Origin: Methanobacteriota archaeon
GTDB taxonomy: Archaea > Thermoplasmatota > Poseidoniia > Poseidoniales > Thalassarchaeaceae
Length of the DNA stretch: 48,460 nt
Assembly: GCA_002726275.1 (NCBI GenBank)
Contig: PBSO01000008.1
Span: 20,673 to 69,132, forward strand
Direction of reading: 5' to 3'
Part shown: positions 26,717 through 36,363 of the stretch, in pieces
How positions within the stretch are numbered: position 1 is the first letter of the stretch
Layout: each line of letters opens with the position of its first letter
Notes under the pieces: model-generated
Seen by the model: the letters and a program-made list of their open reading frames with translations, nothing else
The model's database searches: none
What the model was told of the DNA's origin: nothing
Translations under genes and position numbers: made by a program

Positions 26717-27439
26717 CTAATCAACATAATGGGCATACGTCTGGCGACTCAGTTTTTCCCGGACTACCTCGAGTATTTCCTCGGGTGCATTTCTGAACGT
26801 CGGGTGCTCTCCCTCTCCTTGGGCCTGCCGCATATCGGACCATCGCCCGTCATCATATGCCATCAGTGCTTCCTTCATCAGAACTCCTGAAAGCACCAGG
26901 GTTTCGTAACATAGGTCCTCGTATGTCATGCCCCTCCTTACAGGGACCTCTCTTTTGAGTAGCATTTCCCCTGTGTCTATTCCATTGTCACAGAAATGGC
27001 ACGTAGAACCAATCCTTATGTCGTGGTAGACCGACCATGCCGGAGATGCCGAACCCCTGCATTCGGGAAGTAGTCCCGGATGGGAATTTATCACGCCATG
27101 TTTGGGGTAATCGAGAATATCTCCTCTGATTATCCTAGTTCCCCCGAAGACAATCAAATCAAGCTCTTTCCCTTCGATGTGAGGCATTACCTGTGGCGAT
27201 TTGTGTATGTCGACAGTGACCACGGGTATCCCGTTCTCTTGGGACTGTTCCTCTATGGTGGGCGCAATCGGATTCCCCGCTATCCTCTCCAGGAACTTTT
27301 CTCTTTCTTCATCGCCGATCGGGGAATCTTCCTCAATGATTATTTCTGGAACGAATCCCTCTGAGAGTATTTGTCGAAGCATCTCCCGGCCATACGGGTG
27401 CTCCTTGAGGAGCAGAAATGCAAACCTCGGCTTCGCCAT
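26717..27439 (-). CDS. Formyltransferase-family protein (N-terminal catalytic domain only)
   Basis: 240 aa. VINSHPGLLPECRGSAS (N/H motif) and GIDTGEMLL (Asp) match the Formyl_trans_N catalytic pattern. There is no Fmt-type C-terminal tRNA-binding domain. Confidence 0.7.
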   Translation of the reverse strand: MAKPRFAFLLLKEHPYGREMLRQILSEGFVPEIIIEEDSPIGDEEREKFLERIAGNPIAPTIEEQSQENGIPVVTVDIHKSPQVMPHIEGKELDLIVFGGTRIIRGDILDYPKHGVINSHPGLLPECRGSASPAWSVYHDIRIGSTCHFCDNGIDTGEMLLKREVPVRRGMTYEDLCYETLVLSGVLMKEALMAYDDGRWSDMRQAQGEGEHPTFRNAPEEILEVVREKLSRQTYAHYVD

Positions 27440-27502
27440 AGACCTCGTCTAGCGGAGGGGCCATGGATACCCGTTATTTTCGGTTCATGAGTATTGTACG
27501 GA

Positions 27503-28912
27503 TCAAGGAGTTACGCGACTCCTATCTCGTGGGAAAAGAACCACTTCACGCACATTCCCAGCCCCAGTTAAAACCATCAGAAGCCGTGCTACGCCAAGGC
27601 CCCAACCGGCATGCGGGGGTGCACCATAGCGGAACCCATCGGTGTAGAAAGTGAAGTCTTTCGGCTCGAGGCCCATGTTTCTGAGATTCTGCTCTAAAAC
27701 ATCAACACGATGCTCTCTCGCGCCGCCGCTGGTCATCTCGTCACGCCCATAGTTAAGGTCGAATCCCCTGCTGAGCTGACCGCCAGTAGAACCCTTCTCC
27801 TCCTCCTTATGGTGGATGTAGAATGGTTTCATCGCCATCGGCCATCTGGGCAGGAAGTGGAATCCGGGGTACTTAGCAGCTATCAGGTCACAGTGGTGGC
27901 TTTCAATATCGTCGCCCCATTCGATCTCGCCACCCCCTTCCTTCACTATCTCAATGGCATCACAGTAGGGTATTCTCGGAAACGGAACACTTGGGATTTC
28001 TACGGAAACAGGATCTAGGCCCTGACTTGCTCTGAATTCATTGACGACTTCCATGAGTCCCTGGTCATTCGACGAAACCTCGGTCCAGATGTGGTGAATC
28101 ATCCTCTCCTGCACGCCCATCACATCTTCGTCATCCATCCAAGCACCTTCTATGTCGAAGGAGATGAATTCGTTTAGGTGCCGATAAGTATCGTGCTTCT
28201 CCGCCCTGAAGGCAGGACCAATCTCGAAAACCCTCTCGAGTCCACCTAGGACCGCTAGCTGCTTGTACAACTGAGGACTCTGGGACAGGTAGGCATCAGT
28301 CTCGAAATACTTCATCGGGAACAGGTTAGTCCCACCTTCTGCAGCTGCAGCAATAATCTTCGGACTATTGATTTCCTGGAAACCCTCCTTGATCAGGTGG
28401 TCCCTGCCATACTGAAGGACCTTGGATCTCAATTGGAACATCGCGTTTACGTGGGCCCGCCTGAGATCTAGGTGCCTATTGTCGAGCCTAACATCAAGTC
28501 CGACCTGGACATCATCAGTGACTCCAACTGGCAAGGGGGTGGCGGCCACTGCTAGTACGGAGCCAGAAGAAACGCTAACCTCGTACTCCGGCGGCGGGAT
28601 TGGTTCTCCCTCGGCAACCTTGGGTGGCCTTTTCTGGGCCACTACTCCTGTAACTTGGATGGTAGATTCACGAGAAGCTGCCTGAATCGAGTCGAAGCTA
28701 CCCTCGTCCATATTGTCCTTCTTCAGGAATGCCTGTATGCGCCCTGTCCCATCACGTAACATGAGGAAGCAAATTGCGCCCCTGCCTCTGACGGTTTCCG
28801 CGTACCCGGCTATTGTTACCTCTGAGCCCACCATGGAGGAACCGTTCTGTGAAACCTGTCCAATGGTATGGGTCCGGTACGATGTAGGCTCCCACGATGT
28901 ACTGTCGCGCAT
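27503..28912 (-). CDS. aspS: Aspartate--tRNA ligase, archaeal type
   Basis: Class II motifs [15 protein letters not shown] and [15 protein letters not shown], with an N-terminal OB-fold region. 469 aa. Confidence 0.9.
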   Translation of the reverse strand: MRDSTSWEPTSYRTHTIGQVSQNGSSMVGSEVTIAGYAETVRGRGAICFLMLRDGTGRIQAFLKKDNMDEGSFDSIQAASRESTIQVTGVVAQKRPPKVAEGEPIPPPEYEVSVSSGSVLAVAATPLPVGVTDDVQVGLDVRLDNRHLDLRRAHVNAMFQLRSKVLQYGRDHLIKEGFQEINSPKIIAAAAEGGTNLFPMKYFETDAYLSQSPQLYKQLAVLGGLERVFEIGPAFRAEKHDTYRHLNEFISFDIEGAWMDDEDVMGVQERMIHHIWTEVSSNDQGLMEVVNEFRASQGLDPVSVEIPSVPFPRIPYCDAIEIVKEGGGEIEWGDDIESHHCDLIAAKYPGFHFLPRWPMAMKPFYIHHKEEEKGSTGGQLSRGFDLNYGRDEMTSGGAREHRVDVLEQNLRNMGLEPKDFTFYTDGFRYGAPPHAGWGLGVARLLMVLTGAGNVREVVLFPRDRSRVTP

Positions 28913-28946
28913 GCCCCTCGGAACAGGTCCGTGTTATCAACGGTGC

Positions 28947-29747
28947 TCATTCCTCTTCGGAAGTAGCCACCTTGGCCGCTATTAGCAGAAGTGCCGTGTG
29001 CCCAATAGGCGTGTTTCCAGGCCTGACTCCACCCTTGCTGGCCTTTACCCATCTACGTTCAATCATTTCTCCGGCCCACTCGATTACTAGTCCGTAATCC
29101 TGGGCGGTATCCCATGATTTTTCCAGTTGCGAGGTAGTGGGGCAGTAGCAAGCTATCCGCCCGCCCGCCCTCATCAGAGGCTCCACTATTGGAATTACGA
29201 GCCATGGCTCTGCCACATCGATAATTGCCGCATCGAGCTCCCCACAAATGTCAGAGACCACAGTTCCAACCTCGACGAGATCTCCGTCAATCAAGTGCCA
29301 GTCAGGAAACTCTGGTAGTATCTCAGACAGCCTATCCATGTTGATACGTCCAACCTCAGCGTGCTCTGGTCGCGACTCCACAGAGATAAGAGTCCCAGAA
29401 GAGCCCATCACATTAGCTAGGTGCATGGCAAGTCCTGCGGAGCCATGGCCCCCCTCTAGAACCCTCGAACCAACCCCGATCCCCATCCAGGAAATCAGAA
29501 AACCCGAGTCCTTCGCACCAATAACTTGGGCCCTCCGGGCCATGTTTCTCCGGGCCTCCGGGAGAGACGGATCGACTATTGTGAGAGATTTCTGTCCGAC
29601 GGTGATCCTATCTCCAAGGGAGTATCCATCTAGGAGCTTCTCCGCATCAAATCTGCCAAGCCCCTTCACCTTAACTTCCCCGGGGGCGCGCCTAAGCAGA
29701 TACGCCCTGCCATCGTCCTCTCTGAGAGCCAACCACTCGCCACTCAC
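28947..29747 (-). CDS. trmI: tRNA (adenine-N1)-methyltransferase TrmI/Gcd14 family
   Basis: 266 aa. RRAQVIGAKDSGFLISWMGIGVGSRVLEGGHGSAGLAMHLA...GTLISVESRPEHAE fits the TrmI SAM-binding region. Confidence 0.75.
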   Translation of the reverse strand: MSGEWLALREDDGRAYLLRRAPGEVKVKGLGRFDAEKLLDGYSLGDRITVGQKSLTIVDPSLPEARRNMARRAQVIGAKDSGFLISWMGIGVGSRVLEGGHGSAGLAMHLANVMGSSGTLISVESRPEHAEVGRINMDRLSEILPEFPDWHLIDGDLVEVGTVVSDICGELDAAIIDVAEPWLVIPIVEPLMRAGGRIACYCPTTSQLEKSWDTAQDYGLVIEWAGEMIERRWVKASKGGVRPGNTPIGHTALLLIAAKVATSEEE

Positions 29748-29825
29748 GTTATGCCGAGGACTTCCAGAATATCAATTACTATGGCGGCTCTTTAGAGCCG
29801 TCCCCAATGAACTTGGATGCATCAC

Positions 29826-29833
29826 GGTTATAC
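29826..29833 (+). promoter_or_regulatory. Candidate TATA box GGTTATAC 23 nt upstream of the surface-protein ATG (short-leader or leaderless transcript expected)
   Basis: Lies in the 109-nt divergent spacer between trmI and the surface-protein gene. Same core and spacing as the element upstream of eL40. Confidence 0.3.
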
Positions 29834-29856
29834 CAACGTTCACAACGCCTCAAACG

Positions 29857-32800
29857 ATGAGAGTTACCACCCTGCGGCCTGTCATCCATGCCCTCACAGT
29901 AACCGGGCTGGTGATTCTAATGTCCTATTCTGGGGCATTCTCCTTCGATTCCGAAGAAGAACCACGTCAGCAACTCCGTCAAGATGCAGTAAAGATGTAT
30001 GCCACAAGCCCCGGACACACAGTCTTCGGGGAATATGTCGGTGCGCACTGGTGCGGACCTTGCATGAGTAGTGCGTCGCCCTCGCTGGATAACCTGAAGA
30101 CTTCCAATCCAGAGGACTTCACTTTCGTCTCATTCTTCGAGGCATCTTCTGGCGGATGGCCATCTGACGGCCCGATTAATCGGAGGAGCCACATCATGGC
30201 AGCATCCTCTGGCTATCCGACATTCTCATTCGCCGATAAGCAATCTGGTACATGCTACAAGGTCGGAGCCGGTGGGACGAACTACTACGATGCCGACTAC
30301 TCGGCCGGAGGCTGCATGGACTCCGATGTTTCCAACTATGCCATGGTTCTGAGTGCCGATCACGACTCAACTACCGATGAGGTCACGATCACAGTCGACT
30401 CAACATATCTCGGCACTCAGTCATCAGTCAGCGTCTACCTTTTCGCAGCAGTTACGGAGAAGGTTGGTGGTGATGCATATGACAACGGTGTCAGGCCTCA
30501 TCACAACTTCAGGGACTGGCTGCTCAACAGCGGAAACAACGGATTCGAGCAACTGACCCTTACTCCAAACAACCCCGTTCAGAAGTCATGGACAGTCCCA
30601 ATTAGCCTAGTTAGGGCGGCCGGCGGATACACTCAATTCGAGAATTTCTGGCCGGTTGTGGCACTCATGGATGGCCCTCACAGTTCCTACAACAATTTCC
30701 TCTCATCAGCAGATCTCGACATGATCCCTCTGGTTGACGTCGGAGTCTCGGACTTCTCAATCTCAAATGCCAATGGAAACTCGGGATTCAAGCAGGGGGA
30801 CACATTGGAACTCCGGGTAGAGGCCACGAATAACGGAGTCGACCCATACAGTGATGGGGGCCAGATATCCATCCTGAGGATGGACGGTTCGGACGAGATC
30901 GAGATTGCATCGACTGGCCTGGTAAACCTCGGAGTGGGCTCCACACAGACATTCAGTACTTCATTCCAGACTAATGATATTGAGATGGTAAACCTGGGCT
31001 CAACTTCATTCAGAGTAAGGATAACAGGATTAGAGGGGGACAGGGTTGCCTCGAACAACGCCATGGATGAATACGCGATTCACGACCTCCCTCCCACCCC
31101 AAGCCAGCCGGCCGCGATTTCCAGTACAACCATAGACAGGGGCAGCTCGGTCCAATTCGAAACAAATGCCATTCCAAATGACATGGTAGATGACACTAGC
31201 TCGATGAACCCAATACTGCAGTATAGCCCAGCCGGAGGGGACCTATGGGATGACTCATGGATTAGAGATGCGGAACTTCTGGGCTCGGGGGACAATGCCA
31301 GATATCTGCACACCATAGATACCCCACTGAGTGCTCAGATTGGAGACTATGACCTGAGGGTCAAGTGGACAGACTCATCGGGACAGGTAAGCGACTGGCT
31401 GGTTTACGAAAACGCATTTGATCTGAGAAACTCATTGCCAACAGTCCTCGGCAACGGCGATTCCGAATTCGCTGGGACGCCCACTGTGAAGGTCGATACC
31501 GATGAGAGAATTTCCGTATTCGGCCTGGTAATGGATGCCGAGACTCCCCTGTCACTCTTGGAAATAGACAGCAGTTCCTCAAGCTTCATCGAGTGGGACC
31601 CAATTAACTGGGAGATAGTGGTTAGATTCAGCCAGGTCATTTTGGACAGCCAAGGAAACCCAGTGCCACAGGGAATACAATTGACGATTAGCGATGGCGA
31701 TGATACGAATAGCGGACTGTTAATGTTCAACGTCATTGAAAACGGGGCCCCACGTTGGTCCCCAATTCCCACACAATCGTTCAATGAAGGAAGCTCATCC
31801 AGTCTAGGCCTGACGACCTTCCTATCCGACACTAATGGCAACGGGCAGCAAGTATCAGTGGCTGGCATATCGTTGGAACTAATTTCAATATCGGACGAGT
31901 CCCTGGTTGAGGCTAATATCTACGGCCAGACCCTGAACATCAATGCTCTCGACGACGACGGCTTCGGGATGGTCGACATCATGGTGAGGGCCGACGATGG
32001 CAATATGGTCTCTGACACAATTATCACATTCCATGTCCTCAATGTCAATGACGCGCCTAGGATTGACTCATCCGAACTTGAGAGCATCATGCTCAAGGTG
32101 GGAGAGGAGTTCGAGTACAACCTTTTGGAAATGATCACAGATGTGGACGATCCCGACGACGAGATTTGGGTGACCGCATCTAATGTCGTCCCCGGTGCTG
32201 TAATGTTCAGCCCCATATCTGGAATCCTATCTGCGAGTTGGCAAGAGGCAGGTCAGCAGATCGTCTCGGTAACGATGGAGGACAGGCATGGTGAGTCGTC
32301 CTCAATGGACATCATATTCACAGTAGTCGACGATCTGCCACTGGAATGGGAATCTGACCTCGAGATATCCATCGATACTCAGGATTATGGGACTAATCCA
32401 ACAGTGCATATTCAGAATGTCGGGGAACTAGAATTGTCCGAAATAGAAGTGAGATGGACGGTTTGCAACAGCATTACTGGAATCTGCCACTCGGCAGGCA
32501 CATCCTACAATCTTGGGCCATTCATCATCCTCCCATTGGGTGGGGAGGGGCTCGGGGCTGGGGACTACTTCACCCTGAGTGTCTTCGCAGTAGATCAGGA
32601 TGGTTTTGACAGAGCCACACAAACCCAATTCAAGACCTTCGCCACCAAGCCATCCGAAGTGACAGAATCACCAGAAGAGGAACAGGATACAGACTCCACA
32701 TCATCCTCATCGATTTCACTACTAACTGTCGGAATTGCAGGCTCTGCACTCCTTGTCCTTGTGGCACTAGCACTCGGTCTAGCGGTCGTGCTCAGGAGAA

Positions 32801-33009
32801 AACAGGAGGTATACGATTATGACAGCTATGAGAGCGGTTACGAAAGCCAGCGGCGAGGTACGCCCGCTATCACGCCCCCAAGGCCTCCCGGACTTGCCCC
32901 ACCACCGCCTCCAATCTCTCCCAAACTGCCTCCTGAGGGGCTCCCCGAAGGCTGGTCCATGGAACAGTGGCATTACTACGGAGAAGAGTACCTAAGTAGG
33001 AGAAAGTGA
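29857..33009 (+). CDS. Type-I membrane surface protein: extracytoplasmic thioredoxin-like domain (WCGPC), CARDB and cadherin-like domains, TM helix, proline-rich cytoplasmic tail
   Basis: ORF 29248..33009, but its first 203 codons are antisense to trmI. ATG 29857 gives MRVTTLRPVIHALTVTGLVILMSY (anchor/signal). WCGPC at 30049..30063. CARDB-like VSDFSISNANGNSGFKQGDTLELRVEATNNG...SNNAMDEY. Cadherin-like LNVNDAPRIDS. TM LLTVGIAGSALLVLVALALGLAVVL. Tail PPRPPGLAPPPPPISPKLPPEGLPEGW. Confidence 0.8.
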   Translation: MRVTTLRPVIHALTVTGLVILMSYSGAFSFDSEEEPRQQLRQDAVKMYATSPGHTVFGEYVGAHWCGPCMSSASPSLDNLKTSNPEDFTFVSFFEASSGGWPSDGPINRRSHIMAASSGYPTFSFADKQSGTCYKVGAGGTNYYDADYSAGGCMDSDVSNYAMVLSADHDSTTDEVTITVDSTYLGTQSSVSVYLFAAVTEKVGGDAYDNGVRPHHNFRDWLLNSGNNGFEQLTLTPNNPVQKSWTVPISLVRAAGGYTQFENFWPVVALMDGPHSSYNNFLSSADLDMIPLVDVGVSDFSISNANGNSGFKQGDTLELRVEATNNGVDPYSDGGQISILRMDGSDEIEIASTGLVNLGVGSTQTFSTSFQTNDIEMVNLGSTSFRVRITGLEGDRVASNNAMDEYAIHDLPPTPSQPAAISSTTIDRGSSVQFETNAIPNDMVDDTSSMNPILQYSPAGGDLWDDSWIRDAELLGSGDNARYLHTIDTPLSAQIGDYDLRVKWTDSSGQVSDWLVYENAFDLRNSLPTVLGNGDSEFAGTPTVKVDTDERISVFGLVMDAETPLSLLEIDSSSSSFIEWDPINWEIVVRFSQVILDSQGNPVPQGIQLTISDGDDTNSGLLMFNVIENGAPRWSPIPTQSFNEGSSSSLGLTTFLSDTNGNGQQVSVAGISLELISISDESLVEANIYGQTLNINALDDDGFGMVDIMVRADDGNMVSDTIITFHVLNVNDAPRIDSSELESIMLKVGEEFEYNLLEMITDVDDPDDEIWVTASNVVPGAVMFSPISGILSASWQEAGQQIVSVTMEDRHGESSSMDIIFTVVDDLPLEWESDLEISIDTQDYGTNPTVHIQNVGELELSEIEVRWTVCNSITGICHSAGTSYNLGPFIILPLGGEGLGAGDYFTLSVFAVDQDGFDRATQTQFKTFATKPSEVTESPEEEQDTDSTSSSSISLLTVGIAGSALLVLVALALGLAVVLRRKQEVYDYDSYESGYESQRRGTPAITPPRPPGLAPPPPPISPKLPPEGLPEGWSMEQWHYYGEEYLSRRK

Positions 33010-33084
33010 ACATTTCCCATATTCACTTCCCTAACACACCTTCAAGAAGGTGTCAGCCTCAGCAAGGGCTGCGGAGGGTGCATT

Positions 33085-35139
33085 ATGTCCGACGATTCAG
33101 AATCCCAAGACACGTCCCCAGAGTCCCCCGTGGATCATCTGGACTCGTGGGAAGAGGGTCCAGCATTCGGAATTGGAGAGGACAAGGACCCCATTTGCGA
33201 GACTCCCGTGGAGGAGTGGATAGATGGCGTCGATATCGCCTCCACGGCTGCTGTCCCCATCCCAGATAATTTGGTAGATCAGGTAATCGGGCAGGAAGCT
33301 GCCTCAATCGTCGTACGCAAGGCAGCAGAGCAACGTCGACACATGATAATGGTGGGCGATCCAGGTACGGGCAAGTCTATGCTCGCCCGCTCAATGACAG
33401 AGTTCCTCCCAAAGGACAGCCTCGAGGACATTCTTGTATACAGGAACACGGAGGATGAGAACGAGCCAAGGGTCAGGACTGTTCCCGCTGGAAGGGGATC
33501 TGCGATTATCTCGGAGAGGAAGGCGCAGATAAGGCTACAGAGGGAGCGCACAAATCGGACCCTTCTGTTCGTCGTAATGGTGATTGGCGCTGCCTTAATT
33601 CTCGCAGTATTGCAAACAGGCGACATTATGACCCTAATCTTCGGCTCATTCCTGCTGATTTTTGGTTACTTCTTCCTGAGGACCAGACTGACGGCCGGCG
33701 ACGAGTCAAACATCCCAAAACTCCTGATAAAGAGAGGCAGAAACGATGACCCTCCATTTATTGATGCGACCGGCACTCTGGCTGGAGCGCTCCTCGGCGA
33801 CGTCAGGCACGACCCGTTTCAGTCTGGTGCCGATCTAGCCACTCCTGCTCACGAGAGGGTTGAGCCAGGAGCAGTTCACCGGGCCAACAAAGGGGTCCTC
33901 TACATAGATGAGATTAGGATGCTCAGGATGGAGGAGCAGCAGGCACTCCTAGTGGCGATGCAAGAGGGCGAACTCTCCATCAGCGGCCGTTCAGAGAGGT
34001 CATCTGGTGCACTCACCAAGTCAGAACCAGTCCCTACCAACTTCATACTTGTGGCAGCAGGAAACCTCGACAGCATTCAGCAGATGCACCCTGCACTTAG
34101 GAGCAGAATCAGAGGTTACGGATACGAGGTCTACGTAAACTCGGATATGAGGGACACGGAGAGAAACCGCAGGAGGCTAATCAGGTTCATCGCTCAGGAG
34201 GTAAGGAACGAGCAGAACAAGGACTCGGGTCGCGCCATTCCACACTTCAACCGGGACTCGATGGGACTGATTCTGAAGGAGGCGCAGAGGCGTAGTGGAA
34301 GGAGGGGCAGGTTGTCCCTCAGACTGAGGGAGTTAGGTGGCCTCGTGCGAATCGCAGGAGACCTGGCTTCTGAGGAGGGAGCCGATCTGGTGGGTGCAGA
34401 GCACATCGCACGTGCCAGGGCAATCGCAAAGCCACTAGAGCAGCAGGTAGCTGACAGGTATCTGGAACGGCAGTCAGAATACGCCATGTTGGTAAACCGG
34501 GGAACCAGAGTTGGCAGGATAAACGGGCTAGCGGTATTGGGGGCCGATAGCGGCCTCTCTGATTTCTCGGGAGTGGTGCTCCCCGTCGAGGCCATGGTAA
34601 CGCCTGCTCAAGGTCGTTCCGGGCAGGTCATCGCGACAGGCGGACTCTCAGACATGGCAAAGGAGAGCGTAACGAACATCAGTGCTGTAGTCAAGAAGCT
34701 GACAGGCAAGGACATCAAAGACTTCGATCTCCACGTCCAATTTCCAGGCACCCACAATGTTGATGGAGACAGTGCCTCGATAACCATGGCTACCGCTATC
34801 ATTAGTGCTTTCGAGGGCGTACCCATAGAGCAGAACCTGGCTATGACCGGCTCTCTCTCGGTTAGGGGGGAAGTCCTTCCAATCGGAGGTGTGACCGCAA
34901 AGATAGAGGCCGCAGCGAAGGCGGGCATTGAGACTGTAATTATCCCACGTGCAAACCTACAGGATGTTCTGATTGACGAGAAGTACGAGTCAATGGTCAA
35001 GATTCACCCCGTAGACTCTCTGGATGAGGTGCTGCAGTTCGCATTGGTGGGTGCAGAGGAGAAGGTTAGCCTAGTGGAGCGTCTGGCCAAGGTCATTGAC
35101 ACATTCACTTCACAAACCGACAAGCAACCATCGGCATAG
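33085..35139 (+). CDS. lonB: Archaeal membrane-bound Lon protease (LonB)
   Basis: Walker A GDPGTGKSM. Two TM helices inserted in the AAA+ module (LLFVVMVIGAALILAV...IFGSFLLIFGYFFL). Protease Ser in VDGDSASITMA and Lys in KIEAAAKAG. Confidence 0.9.
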   Translation: MSDDSESQDTSPESPVDHLDSWEEGPAFGIGEDKDPICETPVEEWIDGVDIASTAAVPIPDNLVDQVIGQEAASIVVRKAAEQRRHMIMVGDPGTGKSMLARSMTEFLPKDSLEDILVYRNTEDENEPRVRTVPAGRGSAIISERKAQIRLQRERTNRTLLFVVMVIGAALILAVLQTGDIMTLIFGSFLLIFGYFFLRTRLTAGDESNIPKLLIKRGRNDDPPFIDATGTLAGALLGDVRHDPFQSGADLATPAHERVEPGAVHRANKGVLYIDEIRMLRMEEQQALLVAMQEGELSISGRSERSSGALTKSEPVPTNFILVAAGNLDSIQQMHPALRSRIRGYGYEVYVNSDMRDTERNRRRLIRFIAQEVRNEQNKDSGRAIPHFNRDSMGLILKEAQRRSGRRGRLSLRLRELGGLVRIAGDLASEEGADLVGAEHIARARAIAKPLEQQVADRYLERQSEYAMLVNRGTRVGRINGLAVLGADSGLSDFSGVVLPVEAMVTPAQGRSGQVIATGGLSDMAKESVTNISAVVKKLTGKDIKDFDLHVQFPGTHNVDGDSASITMATAIISAFEGVPIEQNLAMTGSLSVRGEVLPIGGVTAKIEAAAKAGIETVIIPRANLQDVLIDEKYESMVKIHPVDSLDEVLQFALVGAEEKVSLVERLAKVIDTFTSQTDKQPSA

Positions 35140-35187
35140 AATGACCGCTCTAACTAAGTCCCTGTTCGCATCCCTCGGTCGGGGGAT

Positions 35188-35982
35188 GTGGTGCCAGAGT
35201 CGATACCCGCGGTCGTAGCGCATGGGGGGGCCGGTCCGGGCCCGGACAGGCAAAAGAACGTGGAAGCCGCTGTGAAAGTCGCAGCCGACATGCTCGAGTC
35301 AGGCGCATCTGCTCTCGAGGCAGCAGTCGAGGCATGTGTGATTTTGGAGGACGACCCAGTCTTCAACGCAGGAACGGGAGGTGTTTTCCGTAATGATGGC
35401 TCAGTTCTTCTGGACGCGTCTCTGCACGTCAGTGACGGCAGGATGGGTTTCGTAATAGCAATGGAAGACACCCCCAATCCAATCCGAGTCGCAGCCGACC
35501 TACTCGACGAGCCGATCAATGGACTAACGGGCGTGGGGGCCAGGGACTGGGCGGACTCCAGGGGTCACAAAAGGGACCGTGTCGAGGGAAGGCCGCCCGC
35601 AGAAGGGATAGGCGATACTGTAGGGGTGATAGCCCGGGACTCGACGGGTGCCATGGCTTGTGCAACAAGCACGGGTGGCTGCAGCTACAGGCCCCCGGGC
35701 CGAGTCGGAGACGTCCCCCTACCAGGGTGTGGCTTCTGGGCTTCTGGGGACCTATCAGTCGCAGCCACAGGAGAGGGCGAGGCCATCACGACCGCGCTTC
35801 TGAGTTACAAGGTCAGTGAGAGGGTTCTCCAAAACGGAGACACCCTCTCAGAAGCCATGTCGTGGGGAATTTCCGAACTCATCGAAGAGGGAGTATCAGT
35901 GGGGCTGATATCACTGGGCAGGGATGGCCCAGGAGAGGGCCTTTCCAACACTGACATGCCATGGGCTGAATGGCACGGTTGA
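35188..35982 (+). CDS. Isoaspartyl peptidase / plant-type L-asparaginase (Ntn hydrolase)
   Basis: VAHGGAG, autoprocessing/nucleophile region GDTVGVIARD, ATSTGG, GCGFWAS, ATGEGEAI. GTG start. Confidence 0.85.
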   Translation: MVPESIPAVVAHGGAGPGPDRQKNVEAAVKVAADMLESGASALEAAVEACVILEDDPVFNAGTGGVFRNDGSVLLDASLHVSDGRMGFVIAMEDTPNPIRVAADLLDEPINGLTGVGARDWADSRGHKRDRVEGRPPAEGIGDTVGVIARDSTGAMACATSTGGCSYRPPGRVGDVPLPGCGFWASGDLSVAATGEGEAITTALLSYKVSERVLQNGDTLSEAMSWGISELIEEGVSVGLISLGRDGPGEGLSNTDMPWAEWHG

Positions 35983-36052
35983 GTAAGATACAGATTCGCC
36001 ACAGGGATGCGCTTAAGGAGCACTCACCGGTCGCTGGCAACTGGGGATTGGC

Positions 36053-36328
36053 TTGGCAGACATAGAAGCGAGGATTCAGCAGATAGCCCAGGTACTTGGG
36101 CAGTTGGACGACAGCCAGGTTCCACGTAACATCAGGGCCTCGGCCAAGGAGTCGGTAGATAAGTGGCTCCTGAACAAGGACAAGGACATGGATGTAAGGC
36201 TCGGAATGACCGCCTCGAAGTTAGACGAGATATTCAATGACACGAACCTCCCTATTCACTATGGCCCGCTTTGTCTTCAGATACAGACTGCACTAGAGAC
36301 CCTCATGGCAGAGGTCAAACGCTCATGA
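36053..36328 (+). CDS. UPF0147-family small archaeal protein
   Basis: 91 aa, TTG start (no in-frame ATG until far into the ORF). DDSQVPRNIRASAKESV...LDEIFNDTNLPIH...IQTALETL matches my recollection of the UPF0147 pattern. Confidence 0.65.
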   Translation: MADIEARIQQIAQVLGQLDDSQVPRNIRASAKESVDKWLLNKDKDMDVRLGMTASKLDEIFNDTNLPIHYGPLCLQIQTALETLMAEVKRS

Positions 36329-36363
36329 TTGAGAATCCCTGAAAGAAACAGGGCTATGCGTAA

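Noticed and set aside
29248-29856. The first 203 codons of the 1253-aa ORF 29248..33009
   Set aside because: This stretch is entirely antisense to the well-supported trmI gene and has Ser/Pro/Arg-rich, low-information composition. A plausible ATG at 29857 is followed by a hydrophobic anchor and preceded by a TATA-like element. I treat the extension as an open antisense frame, not coding.
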